A stretch of DNA of 64,000 nt, taken from contig OZ246888.1 in the NCBI GenBank assembly GCA_965231775.1, forward strand, positions 785,757 through 849,756. The letters run 5' to 3'. Below are positions 19,001 through 28,232 of the stretch, piece after piece; within the stretch, counting starts at the first letter, position 1, and every line of letters begins with the position of its first letter. Both the position numbers and the translations under genes were made by a program. The notes beneath the pieces are model-generated. The model was given only the letters and a program-made list of their open reading frames with translations, was not told the origin of the DNA and did not search any database. The DNA is from Candidatus Binatia bacterium. GTDB taxonomy: Bacteria > Desulfobacterota > Binatia > Bin18.

Positions 19001-19041
19001 GATTATGACAAGAGAGAAAGTCTGAAAGCGAGGATTATCCT

Positions 19042-20493
19042 ATGCCGCTACGCACGGTTGAGCAATACAAAGACAGCCTGAAGGACGACCGGCTGGTCTA
19101 TTTTCGAGGCCAACGCATCCCCGACGTGACCGCGCATCCGCTGGTTCAAACCGCCATCGATCACGAAGCGACCGACTATCGTCTCATGCACGACCCGCAC
19201 TACCGGGAGCTGGCTGTTGTCCAGAACCCCGAAACCGGCGAAGAGATGAGCCGCTATTTTCTGCCGCCGCAGAGCGCCGAACACCTGCTCAAACGGAGCG
19301 AGTTGATTGAAACCGCCTGCCGGGAAGGCGGAACGCTGGTCGTGCTGGCCAAAGTGGTCGGCAGCGATGCGCTGTTTGGCCTGCTGCGCACCTCTCAGAA
19401 AATAGATGCCGCCTGCGGAACCTCCTATCACCAACGGGTCAAAGCCTTTTATGACTACTGCTGCACGGAAGATATCAGCTTTGCTCTGGCCCAAACCGAT
19501 ACCAAGGGCGACCGCGCCCTGCGCCCCTCGGAACAGGAAGACCCGGATTCGTACCTGCGCATCGTCGAAGAGCGGCCCGACGGCATTGTGGTGCGTGGAG
19601 CCAAGGTCCACACCTCAAATACCACCCACGCCAATGAGATGATCGTCCTGCCCACACGGGCCATGGGCGAAGAGGACAAGGACTACGCGGTCGCCTTTGC
19701 CATCCCGCTGGATACGCCGGGGCTCAAGCTGCTGATGAGCGGCTACGGTTCGTACACCCAGCGCAACAGCTTCGATCATCCGGTCAGCTCGGGCGTAAAA
19801 ATGACCGAAACGCTGACCATTTTTGACGATGTGTTCGTGCCCAACGAGCGAATTTTCCTCCAGGGCGAGTGGCAGTTTGCCGGTCCCTTGGCGCTGTCGT
19901 TTGTGGAGTATCATCGCCTGACCGCGATTTCGTACAAACTGCCCTTTCTGGACCTCCTGGCCGGTGCCGGGCGCTTAATGGCCGAGTACAACGGCATTGA
20001 AAGAGCCGCCCATGTCAAAGAAAAACTCTTCTGGCTGGCCAGTTATGCCGAGACCACCCGTTCGCTGACCCATATGGCCTGTCTGAAGGCGCGCGCGACC
20101 GACTTCGACATGGTCATCCCCGACCCCCCGACCGTGAATATCGCCAAGCATCATTTTGCGGCCGATTTCCACCAGGCCCTGTCCCACGTCCAGGACCTGG
20201 CTGGCGGTATTCTGGTCACCGCGCCGGCGGTCGAAGACCTGCGGAGCGAAGAGACCGGACCGTTGATCGAGAAATACATGAAGGGCAAGACGGGCACCTC
20301 GGGAAAGGAACGACTCCAGGTGATTAACCTGATTCAGGACATCACTACCTCGGACTTTGGGGGCTATAACGCGGTGCTGGCCCTGCACGCCGAGGGCTCC
20401 ATGGAGGCCGAAAAGATGCAGCTCTATCGTGAGTATGACTGGCAGCGGGTACGGGACTACGCCAGCAAAATGGCCCGGATAGGCAAGGAATAA
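19042..20493 (+). CDS. 4-hydroxyphenylacetate 3-hydroxylase / 4-hydroxybutyryl-CoA dehydratase family flavoprotein
   Basis: AQTDTKGDR...DPDSYLRIVEERPDGIVVRGAK, YAVAFAIP.D.PGL, IFDDVFVPNERIF. Confidence 0.88.
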   Translation: MPLRTVEQYKDSLKDDRLVYFRGQRIPDVTAHPLVQTAIDHEATDYRLMHDPHYRELAVVQNPETGEEMSRYFLPPQSAEHLLKRSELIETACREGGTLVVLAKVVGSDALFGLLRTSQKIDAACGTSYHQRVKAFYDYCCTEDISFALAQTDTKGDRALRPSEQEDPDSYLRIVEERPDGIVVRGAKVHTSNTTHANEMIVLPTRAMGEEDKDYAVAFAIPLDTPGLKLLMSGYGSYTQRNSFDHPVSSGVKMTETLTIFDDVFVPNERIFLQGEWQFAGPLALSFVEYHRLTAISYKLPFLDLLAGAGRLMAEYNGIERAAHVKEKLFWLASYAETTRSLTHMACLKARATDFDMVIPDPPTVNIAKHHFAADFHQALSHVQDLAGGILVTAPAVEDLRSEETGPLIEKYMKGKTGTSGKERLQVINLIQDITTSDFGGYNAVLALHAEGSMEAEKMQLYREYDWQRVRDYASKMARIGKE

Positions 20494-20603
20494 GGTCTGT
20501 CTCTTCCCGATATCGAGTTGGGACCATAGTGGTGACTGGTGAGCCGCCCCTTTTTGTTTGGCAATCAGTTGGAACAGGGCCGTATTACAAAGGAGGGCCG
20601 CCC

Positions 20604-21401
20604 ATGTCATACGAAACGCTGCTCTACGAAAAGCAGGACAGTATAGCGACCGTTACGATTAATCGTCCCGAGAAGCGCAACGCCTGGACCACCCAAATGT
20701 CGGAAGAGATCATCGACGTCTTCGGCATGATGGAAGACGACCCGGAGGTCCTGGTCACCATTCTGACCGGCAGCGGGGACAAGGCGTTTTCCGCCGGTGC
20801 GGATTTGGGTAACGCCAAGACTCATAAGGTCTCAACCGTTGGCGCCCACCTGGCCTCCGTCTCGCCCAAAGGCTTCCCCGTCTTCAATGCGGTTGCTGAC
20901 TATCCCAAACCCGTCGTGGCCGCGATTAACGGCTTTGCCGTCGGGATAGGCTGTCTGATCACGCTGTGCTGCGATATTCTGCTTGCCTCGGACAATGCCG
21001 AACTCGGCGTGCCCCAGGTCCCGCTCGGTATCCTGCCAGCTTATGGCGGAGCGGTTCGACTCGCACGCTATGTCGGACGCGGGAAAGCCATGGAAATGGT
21101 GCTGCTTGGAGAACGTATTAGCGCAGAGGAAGCCTACCGGGTCGGGTTGGTCAATAAAGTGGTGTCGCTCCCGGAGCTCAGGCCCTTGGCGCAAGACTAT
21201 GCCCGGCGGCTTGCCGCCCAGCCGCCGCTTGCAGTGCGGATGGCCAAAGAGTCGCTGAATAAAGGACTTGATATCGCCTCGCTCAAAGAGGCGGCGCAGA
21301 CCGACATCTATCGATTCATGCTGCTCGGTCAGACTGAAGATAGTCACGAGGCCCATCAAGCTTGGCGGGAGCGACGAAAACCCGTATTCAAAGGACAATA
21401 G
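20604..21401 (+). CDS. Enoyl-CoA hydratase/isomerase (crotonase family)
   Basis: INRPEKRNA, AFSAGADL, VAAINGFAVGIG; start MSYETL with AGGAGG RBS. Confidence 0.92.
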   Translation: MSYETLLYEKQDSIATVTINRPEKRNAWTTQMSEEIIDVFGMMEDDPEVLVTILTGSGDKAFSAGADLGNAKTHKVSTVGAHLASVSPKGFPVFNAVADYPKPVVAAINGFAVGIGCLITLCCDILLASDNAELGVPQVPLGILPAYGGAVRLARYVGRGKAMEMVLLGERISAEEAYRVGLVNKVVSLPELRPLAQDYARRLAAQPPLAVRMAKESLNKGLDIASLKEAAQTDIYRFMLLGQTEDSHEAHQAWRERRKPVFKGQ

Positions 21402-21405
21402 ATAC
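21356..21405. repeat. Direct repeat copy A: 3' end of crotonase gene
   Basis: tcaagcttggcgggagcgacgaaaacccgtattcaaaggacaatagatac recurs diverged at 22142. Confidence 0.85.
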
Positions 21406-21476
21406 ACAGCACACGACCGAATACGGAGCCCTGATGATGACCCGGCATGACTTGGGCAGACTCACAGGTCGGCGCC

Positions 21477-21776
21477 CTACAGAGGCGTAGCTTGCCGGTC
21501 TGCGGTCGGCAAGCCGCGGATCGTCTTGCCTGCCTGTCGTTCGGCGACCGCCAGGTCAAACTGAGTCTGAAGGTTCAGCCAGAATTGTGGCTCGACGCCG
21601 AACCAGTGCCCGAACCGCAAGGCCGTGTCGCCGGTCACGGCCCGCTTACCGGCAATAATCTGGCCGACGCGGTTTGGCGGCACCTTGATCTGACGCGCGA
21701 ACGCCGTGGGTGTTACGCCCATTTCCGCAAGCTCGTCTTTGAGGATTTCGCCGGGATGAACGGCCCGCTTCAGCAT
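21477..21776 (-). CDS. higA: HigA-family antitoxin (HTH)
   Basis: HPGEILKDEL...RAVTGDTALRFGHWFGVEPQFWLNLQTQFDL. Confidence 0.92.
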   Translation of the reverse strand: MLKRAVHPGEILKDELAEMGVTPTAFARQIKVPPNRVGQIIAGKRAVTGDTALRFGHWFGVEPQFWLNLQTQFDLAVAERQAGKTIRGLPTADRQATPL

Positions 21777-21789
21777 GTGGTCCTCCTCG

Positions 21790-22080
21790 TTATCCCTGAT
21801 GGTAATCAACGATCTCGACCTCGCTTGGTCCCGGATGTCCATCCGGCCAAGCGAAGCAGAGCCGCCATTGTCGATTAATCCGAATAGCATACTGTCCTTT
21901 CCTTGCACCTCTAAGGGCCTCCAGCCGGTTGCTCGGTAAGGCCCTCAAGGTTGCCAACGACGGTGCCGCATTCAAGATCGAAAACCGTTTCGCGGCTTGC
22001 ATTTCAAAGCTTTGAAATGCCCTGACGAATGCTCCAGCCGCAAACCGCCGGGTTTTTTCGTCCCTGTAGTTCAGTATCAT
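21790..22080 (-). CDS. higB: HigB-family toxin (RelE-like plasmid maintenance killer)
   Basis: PSNRLEALRG.RKGQYAIRINRQWRLCF...EIVDYH; toxin-first order. Confidence 0.92.
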   Translation of the reverse strand: MILNYRDEKTRRFAAGAFVRAFQSFEMQAAKRFSILNAAPSLATLRALPSNRLEALRGARKGQYAIRINRQWRLCFAWPDGHPGPSEVEIVDYHQG

Positions 22081-22095
22081 TTGAGTATGGGCAGC

Positions 22096-22124
22096 AGACT
22101 ATGACGATAGACGTCAAGCGTCAA
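22096..22124 (-). promoter_or_regulatory. Sigma70 promoter of higBA
   Basis: TTGACG-17 bp-TAGTCT, ending 15 nt before the higB ATG. Confidence 0.65.
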
Positions 22125-22141
22125 TCTACTAACGCCGCCGG

Positions 22142-22191
22142 TCAAGCTTGGCGGGAGTGGCGAAAACCCGTATTTAGAAGATAAGAGATAG
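22142..22191. repeat. Direct repeat copy B: displaced, diverged 3' end of the crotonase gene
   Basis: tcaagcttggcgggagtggcgaaaacccgtatttagaagataagagatag encodes QAWREWRKPVFRR* versus QAWRERRKPVFKGQ*. Confidence 0.85.
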
Positions 22192-22218
22192 TAAAGAATA
22201 CGACCAAAGGAGGGGAAT

Positions 22219-23811
22219 ATGAATCGGTACGGAGAAAACACACAGCCACAGGCCGCAGCCGGCTGGCAGTTGGCGCGTCTCTCGTCGCCCAGCGCGTTGT
22301 TCGGGGCGAATGGGATGCGCATGGGTTCGGACGGGCAACTCTACGTGGTCCAGGCATTTGGCAGTCAGGTGAGCGCGGTCGATACGGGCAGCGGCGCGTG
22401 CGAAACGATCTCGCCGGTTGGTGGGCCGATCGTTGCGCCGGATGATATCGCCTTTGACTCGCACGATGTCATGTATGTGACTGAGGTGATGAGCGCGCGG
22501 GTCAGCGCCCGCACGCCCAGCGGTGAGGTCCGGGTCATTGCGGATAATGTACCGGCGGCAAACGGGATTACTGCCTACCAGGACCGTTTGTTCATGGATG
22601 AGTGCCGCCCCGGCGGCCGCCTGTTTGAACTGTATCCGGACGGTCGAGAGCCACGGGTGATAGCCGAGAACCTGCCGCTGCCGAATGCGCTCTCGGTTGG
22701 GCCCGACGGCAAGCTGTATTTCCCGCAAATCGCGGCGGGTGAGATCTGGCGATGCCCGCTCGAAGGGGGAGCACCTGAGCGTTTTATGGATGGCTTTGCC
22801 GTTCCGACTGCGGTCAAGTTTGACCGGAACGGCCTGCTGACAACAACCCAGGCCGCCAGCGGGGAAGTGACGAAGATCGATATCCAAAGCGGAGAAAAGA
22901 CCGTTGTCGCCAACGTCCGACCAGGGATCGACAATCTGGCCTTTGCGGATGACAACCGGCTCTTTATTTCGCACTTTGTAGACGGTGGGGTTGCCGAAAT
23001 TCTGGCGGATGGAACCGAGCGCGTTTTGGTGCCCGCCGGCTTGCTCGGTCCGTTCGGCATCACTGTGACCGGTGACGGCACTGTCTATGCGGCCGATGGC
23101 ATGAGTATGACATCCGTCAGCCGGGACGGGCAGGTCAGCCGTCCGACGATGTTTACCCAAGAGGGCTATCCCGGCTTTATCCGCGGTATTGCCGCCGGCC
23201 CGAATAACAGCGTGTATGTCACGACCTCAGCCGGCGAAGTTGTCCTGTATAATTTCAGCACGCGTGAGGCGCAGACGCTGGTCAACGAACTCAACGAACT
23301 GTATAGCCTGGCGCCGACTCAGGACGGTGCGGTCGTGGTCGCAGAGGGCGGCGAAGGACGTCTGCTCAAGGTGACCTCGGACGGCAACGTCACCGTCCTG
23401 GCCCGTGGTCTTGGCCGGCCGACCGGCGTGGCCGTGGCCGACGACGGCTCGTGCTATGTCAGCGAGCCCGACAAGGGCCGGGTGTCGCAGGTGAATGGTG
23501 GCAGCTCGGTCGTGGTCGAGGGCTTGTCGTCACCCCAGGGGCTCGGCCTGCTTGGCGATCAACTCCTGATTGTTGACACAGGCAGCAAAGAACTCATCGC
23601 CGTGTCGCTCGGAACAAAGCAGCAACAGACGATTGCTGTTGGCCTGCCGGTCGGTGCTCAGCCTGGCGTGACACCGCAAGTGCTGATGGGGATAGCCGGT
23701 CTGATTCAGGGGCCGCTCACGCCATTCTCCGGCCTAGCCGTGGGCGGAGACGGGACGGTCTATATTGCTGCCGATGGCGAGGGCAGCGTGCTGATGCTCA
23801 AGCGGGCCTAG
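22219..23811 (+). CDS. SMP-30/gluconolactonase-like tandem beta-propeller protein
   Basis: Repeated (P/A)NG/PTGVAV..DG..YV blades over 530 aa; AGGAGG RBS. Confidence 0.8.
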   Translation: MNRYGENTQPQAAAGWQLARLSSPSALFGANGMRMGSDGQLYVVQAFGSQVSAVDTGSGACETISPVGGPIVAPDDIAFDSHDVMYVTEVMSARVSARTPSGEVRVIADNVPAANGITAYQDRLFMDECRPGGRLFELYPDGREPRVIAENLPLPNALSVGPDGKLYFPQIAAGEIWRCPLEGGAPERFMDGFAVPTAVKFDRNGLLTTTQAASGEVTKIDIQSGEKTVVANVRPGIDNLAFADDNRLFISHFVDGGVAEILADGTERVLVPAGLLGPFGITVTGDGTVYAADGMSMTSVSRDGQVSRPTMFTQEGYPGFIRGIAAGPNNSVYVTTSAGEVVLYNFSTREAQTLVNELNELYSLAPTQDGAVVVAEGGEGRLLKVTSDGNVTVLARGLGRPTGVAVADDGSCYVSEPDKGRVSQVNGGSSVVVEGLSSPQGLGLLGDQLLIVDTGSKELIAVSLGTKQQQTIAVGLPVGAQPGVTPQVLMGIAGLIQGPLTPFSGLAVGGDGTVYIAADGEGSVLMLKRA

Positions 23812-23819
23812 ACATGGAT

Positions 23820-23843
23820 GAGGGACGGTTGAGGCCGTCCCTC
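23820..23843. terminator. Hairpin between convergent genes
   Basis: GAGGGACGG-ttgagg-CCGTCCCTC perfect 9-bp stem; no strong U tract. Confidence 0.5.
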
Positions 23844-23863
23844 CGTCAGGTCGCAGACGGCGC

Positions 23864-24844
23864 TTACGGAACTTCCAGAATAATTTTGCCGAAATTCTTA
23901 TTGTCTTCCATGTATTGATGTGCCTCGGCTGCTCGCTCCAAGGGAAAGCGGCAATCAATAATGGGCTTGATCCTGCCTGCGCTTAAAAGCGGTAGCCAGT
24001 TCGCCTGAAAGCGGCGGGTGATGTCAATCTTATCCGCCAGGGTCCGAGTGCGCAGCACGGAGCCAAACACCTGGAGGCGTTTTCTCAGGATCAGCGCCAG
24101 ATTCGTCTCCACTTTGACTCCGCCCATCACACCGACAAGGACCAGCCTGCCGCCAAGCGTGAGACTCTTGAGGTTCCGGTCCCAATACGCCGCGCCAATA
24201 AAATCTTCTATGACCTCCACGCCTTTTCCATTGGTGGTGTGTTGAATCCACTCGGCGAAGTCCTGCTCTTTGTAGTTGCAGCCGGCAGTCGCGCCGAGGT
24301 CCACACAGCGTTGGATTTTTTCGGCTGAACCGGCGGTGACCAGCACGGTGGCACCGGTCTCGCGGGCCATCTGAATACCGGCCGTCCCCACTCCGCTCGC
24401 CCCGGCGTGGATCAGGATGGTTTCGCCCCGCTTCAGACCGGCCAGGGTAAAGATTGTTTCCTGAGCGGTGAAATACACCTCCGGGACGGCCGCGGCTTGG
24501 GCGAAGCTCCAACCCTCGGGAATCGGCACGGCCATGCGGGCATCAATGACCGCTTTTTCCGCATAGCCGCCCCCGCCGACCAAACCGAAGACCCGCTGGC
24601 CGACGGCAAGCGTGGTCACTGCCGAGCCCACGGCTTCCACTTCGCCGGCGAGTTCGAGTCCGAGGATCTCGGACTCGCCCGGCGGGGGTGGATATTGACC
24701 CTGGCGCTGGAGCGTATCCGCCCGGTTCAGGGCGGTTGCCCGCACCCGCACGAGAACCTGTTCAGGACCTGGTAGCGGATCAGGGACGCTGCCTAGCTTG
24801 AGCACGTCCGGGCCGCCCGGTGCGTCAATGGTAATGGCTTGCAT
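23864..24844 (-). CDS. NAD(P)H:quinone oxidoreductase (PIG3/zeta-crystallin MDR family)
   Basis: ATALNRAD..QR.G.YPPPPG.SEILGLE, IHAGASGVG, GKIIL. Confidence 0.94.
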   Translation of the reverse strand: MQAITIDAPGGPDVLKLGSVPDPLPGPEQVLVRVRATALNRADTLQRQGQYPPPPGESEILGLELAGEVEAVGSAVTTLAVGQRVFGLVGGGGYAEKAVIDARMAVPIPEGWSFAQAAAVPEVYFTAQETIFTLAGLKRGETILIHAGASGVGTAGIQMARETGATVLVTAGSAEKIQRCVDLGATAGCNYKEQDFAEWIQHTTNGKGVEVIEDFIGAAYWDRNLKSLTLGGRLVLVGVMGGVKVETNLALILRKRLQVFGSVLRTRTLADKIDITRRFQANWLPLLSAGRIKPIIDCRFPLERAAEAHQYMEDNKNFGKIILEVP

Positions 24845-24884
24845 AGTGTCTCTGCCTTGTTTTGTCCCCCTCCCCAGAGGGGAA

Positions 24885-24917
24885 CCCTCACCCTAGCCCT
24901 CTCCCAGCGGGAGAGGG
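24885..24917. repeat. REP-like palindromic element
   Basis: CCCTCACCCTAGCCCTCTCCC-agc-GGGAGAGGG, a widespread proteobacterial intergenic repeat type. Confidence 0.65.
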
Positions 24918-24941
24918 GACGTATTTCGAATCGCCGTTTAG

Positions 24942-25733
24942 TTATTTGCCGGTGAAGCGGGCCTTGCGTTTCTCGACAAAGGCCGTAATCCCCTCCGCGA
25001 AATCAGGCGTTCCCATCGACAGGGTGATCGAGCGGGCTTCGCTGTGCAGTTGTTCGTGTAAGGAGTTGCCGAGGCTCTGATTGAGCAGCAGTTTGGTCCG
25101 TCCAAACGCGGCGGTCGGACCCTGGGCCAATTCTTCGGCCAGTTTTCTCGCCTCGGCCATGACCTGGTCGGGCTCGACCACCGCGGTCAGCAGCCCCAGG
25201 TTCAGCGCCTCCTCGGCCGGAACGGGTTTGTTACGCAAAAACATTTCGGTCGCCTTGGCCAAGCCCACGTGGCGCGGCAGGAAAAAGGTTGAGCTGGAGT
25301 CCGGGCTTGCACCGATGCCCAGAAAGGCGGTGACAAGATTGACCTGAGGCGAGGCAATGCGGAAATCGCAGGCGAGGGCCAAACCAAACCCGCCACCTGC
25401 GGCCACGCCGTTGAGCGCGGCAATGACGGGTTTGGGAATTTCGCGGATCATGGCAATGGCCGCGTGCAGGACGGGCATCATTTTCTCCAGGCTCGGAATA
25501 ATATTCTGCTGTGCCAGCGCTCCGACAAAGAACTTGATATCGCCCCCGCCACTAAACGCCTTGCCATTCCCGGTGAGAATCACCGCCCGCACCTCGTCGT
25601 CATCCCAGCATTCCATCAGGGCTGTGCGCAGGCCGGCTGAGAGTTCATTATTCATCACGTTAAACTGGGCCGGACGGTTGAGGGTAATGGTTGCAATACT
25701 GCCTTCACGACTCCAATAGACGGCTTCTTCCAT
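24942..25733 (-). CDS. Enoyl-CoA hydratase/isomerase (PaaG-like)
   Basis: LNRP..FN, AFSGGGD, AALNGVAAGGG, ASPDSSSTFFLPR (Asp as in PaaG); start MEEAVY with AGGAG RBS. Confidence 0.88.
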   Translation of the reverse strand: MEEAVYWSREGSIATITLNRPAQFNVMNNELSAGLRTALMECWDDDEVRAVILTGNGKAFSGGGDIKFFVGALAQQNIIPSLEKMMPVLHAAIAMIREIPKPVIAALNGVAAGGGFGLALACDFRIASPQVNLVTAFLGIGASPDSSSTFFLPRHVGLAKATEMFLRNKPVPAEEALNLGLLTAVVEPDQVMAEARKLAEELAQGPTAAFGRTKLLLNQSLGNSLHEQLHSEARSITLSMGTPDFAEGITAFVEKRKARFTGK

Positions 25734-25874
25734 CGCGTTCTCCTCTTTCTTATTTCCTGCTCTCTTGTTTCTGCCTCGCTTGACGGATTGCCAGGGGTAC
25801 ACGAATATGCTGACTTCGTGTGCGGGTATTTTCATATCAGACCCACTCGCCACAACAAAAGGGAGGGTACACTC

Positions 25875-26324
25875 ATGGCCATTGCACAAATAACCCCACC
25901 GGAAGCGCATCAGACGCTGAGCCAGGATGTTTCAGTCGTCTATCTGGACGTGCGCACCGAGGCGGAATTCCAGGCCGGCCACCCCGAGCGCGCCGTCAAT
26001 ATTCCCGTGATCTTTTTTGATCAAGCCGCCGGTCGGCCGGTCCCGAACCCACACTTCTTAAGCGTTGTTGAAGCGACCATACCCAAGGAGGCCACCGTCG
26101 TCGTCGGCTGTCAGGCCGGCGGTCGTTCGCAGCGCGCCGCCGAGATCATGGCACAGGCCGGGTATACGCAGGTCTCGAATATGCTGGGCGGATTTGGCGG
26201 GGGACAAGACCAGCAGGGCCAGGCCATCGCCGGTTGGCAGGAAGCCGGCCTGCCGGTGATGGCCGACACTGGCGACGGGGTGAGTTATGCGTCTTTGGCC
26301 CAGAAGGCGGGAGTGGGGGGATAG
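25875..26324 (+). CDS. Single-domain rhodanese
   Basis: YLDVRTEAEF.AGHP..AVNIP, active loop CQAGGRS; GGAGG RBS. Confidence 0.9.
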   Translation: MAIAQITPPEAHQTLSQDVSVVYLDVRTEAEFQAGHPERAVNIPVIFFDQAAGRPVPNPHFLSVVEATIPKEATVVVGCQAGGRSQRAAEIMAQAGYTQVSNMLGGFGGGQDQQGQAIAGWQEAGLPVMADTGDGVSYASLAQKAGVGG

Positions 26325-26330
26325 TCTCCG

Positions 26331-26361
26331 CAAAGCCAGCCGCCGCGGCGGGCTGGCTTTG
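26331..26361 (+). terminator. Hairpin terminator after rhodanese
   Basis: CAAAGCCAGCC-9 nt-GGCTGGCTTTG perfect 11-bp stem. Confidence 0.55.
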
Positions 26362-26410
26362 ATTGACCGGTAGGGGCGAGTATGCTTGAAACCAGGGTAG
26401 GAATATAAGC

Positions 26411-26671
26411 ATGGCGACCCTCGCGTTCGACACTCATGCCTTTGTGAAAGAACTGACTCAAGCCGGGATGCCGGAAGCGCAGGCCGAGGTGTTGGCGCGC
26501 TCGCAGGCGACATTGATCGATGAAAAACTGGCCACCAAGCAGGACCTGAAGGAACTCGAAGCTCGTCTTCGCCACGATATGAAAGAGCTGGAATTACGGC
26601 TGACGATCCGCCTCGGCTCAATGATGGTCGTCGCCGTCGGAGTAGTCGCCGCGTTGGTGAAACTGCTGTGA
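26411..26671 (+). CDS. DUF1640/CCDC90-like small coiled-coil membrane-anchored protein
   Basis: FDTHAFVKEL..AG..EAQAE...LATKQDL...LTIRLG followed by a C-terminal TM helix. Confidence 0.82.
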   Translation: MATLAFDTHAFVKELTQAGMPEAQAEVLARSQATLIDEKLATKQDLKELEARLRHDMKELELRLTIRLGSMMVVAVGVVAALVKLL

Positions 26672-26722
26672 GGTCAGGATTATGAATGGCTGTGTTCTTG
26701 ACGGCGGACTGTAAGCTCTGTC

Positions 26723-27730
26723 CTACGACGCCAAACACTCCTGAATCGCCGCATCAATAAAATCGTTATCCTCCGCATTCATACCGATACCCGCCAAATG
26801 CCCCCAAATCGATGGGATCGGTCGATACACGGCGTTCGACATGCAGTCTGTCTCTGCCCGGCTGTCTTCGGGTGGAAAATAGAGATCGGTCTGACCCGGC
26901 ATAATCATGGCCTTGGCGGAGACTGTGGCCAGCGCTTTCCGCCAGTCTCCGTCAAATCCCGGCGAGTCTCCGACATTATGGTCCTGCCACGTCTTTGCCT
27001 GGGCTAGCAGATTATTCGCGTCGCACTGGAGAAAAAAGTTCTCCCAAAAATAGACCAGGAAATCTTCGACGCTCGGATGGCCGAGCTGCTTGTACAGCTC
27101 TTCCCGATACCAGGCCTGCGACAGACCCCAGCCGGCATACACCCGGGCCATGGCGCGCACGCCCATGGCCGGCGGTTGGGCGTAATGGCCGTGGTTCCAG
27201 GCCGCGTCCGCGCGGAGGGCCGAGGTAAAGCCTTCGATAAAAACATGGGTATGCGGCGTGGTCCGCGCCGCCCCGCACCATGGCGCAATGCGTTCGACCA
27301 TATCCGGATGACTGACCGCCCACTGAAAGCACTGCTGGGCGCCCATCGAGTAGCCGGAGACCAGGGCGAGCGACTCAATGCCCAGGCTCTGAACCAGGGC
27401 GTGCTGCGCCCGTACATTGTCGCGAATCGTCGTTGCCGGAAAATGCGGGCCATTCATGGGAATGCGCGTTGTGCTGGGAGAAGAAGACAGCCCGTTGGTG
27501 AACATATTGACGCCGATCACACAATACTTTGTTGGGTCGAAACACTTGCCTTCCCGGATCAAAAACTCATAGCCGGTGTGATCGCCGGAATACCACGAGC
27601 ACAGCAGGATGGCGTTGTCCTTGCGGCTGTTGAGTTCGCCATAGACCTGATAGGCGAGCTGGGCCTTGCGTAACACCAGGCCACATTCGAGCGGAAAATC
27701 CCCTAACGAAAAAAGCTTATGCTCTGACAT
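26723..27730 (-). CDS. Homoserine O-acetyltransferase-like alpha/beta hydrolase
   Basis: LAYQVYGELN..KDNAIL, GYSMGAQQ nucleophile, TDLYFPP, WGH; AAGGAGG RBS. Confidence 0.82.
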   Translation of the reverse strand: MSEHKLFSLGDFPLECGLVLRKAQLAYQVYGELNSRKDNAILLCSWYSGDHTGYEFLIREGKCFDPTKYCVIGVNMFTNGLSSSPSTTRIPMNGPHFPATTIRDNVRAQHALVQSLGIESLALVSGYSMGAQQCFQWAVSHPDMVERIAPWCGAARTTPHTHVFIEGFTSALRADAAWNHGHYAQPPAMGVRAMARVYAGWGLSQAWYREELYKQLGHPSVEDFLVYFWENFFLQCDANNLLAQAKTWQDHNVGDSPGFDGDWRKALATVSAKAMIMPGQTDLYFPPEDSRAETDCMSNAVYRPIPSIWGHLAGIGMNAEDNDFIDAAIQECLAS

Positions 27731-27863
27731 ATGGGTCCTCCTTAGATTGGTGCGTCCATCGTTACCTATGATGCCGCGCGTTGCAGTCGATCAATCCATG
27801 CTTCAATCACCTGAAGTCGGAAGTCAAGGCTGAGCTCAAAGTGGAGTTTCACTGGGTTTTGGC

Positions 27864-28232
27864 CTAATCAACCGACTCCGTTCCCTCTGCTATCCGTCTC
27901 AAGGAGAGCAACAGTGCAGGAATATCATTCTGAATGATGTCCCAGATGATATCGTTATCTATCCCCAGATATCCATGCGCAATACGGTTGCGTGTACTCA
28001 CTATCGTTCGCCAGGGGATTTCCGGGTAGGTTTCGCGGACCGCGTCCGGGATATGGGTAGCCGCCTCGCCAATCAGTTCCAGATTCCGCAAAGTAGCATC
28101 GTATGTGAGAGTGTCACTGACAAAAGTGTCTTGATCCATGCCGTCGGTAAAGGATTGGACTTTCTCGGCAAATTCAATCATGTCATTCACGTAGAAACGC
28201 CATTCTCGCTGCTCTCGCTCGGCATCAGACAT
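27864..28232 (-). CDS. HepT-like HEPN (DUF86) RNase toxin, type VII TA
   Basis: RNRIAHGY (RX4HXY) motif; ATGTCTGA overlap with the upstream MNT stop. Confidence 0.9.
   Translation of the reverse strand: MSDAEREQREWRFYVNDMIEFAEKVQSFTDGMDQDTFVSDTLTYDATLRNLELIGEAATHIPDAVRETYPEIPWRTIVSTRNRIAHGYLGIDNDIIWDIIQNDIPALLLSLRRIAEGTESVD

Noticed and set aside
247-22147. GTCAAGC at the left end of two repeat copies (247, 22141) as a shared recombination core
   Set aside because: Absent from the ends of the other three pairs; it is the reverse complement of a TTGAC -35 box and is frequent in this window.
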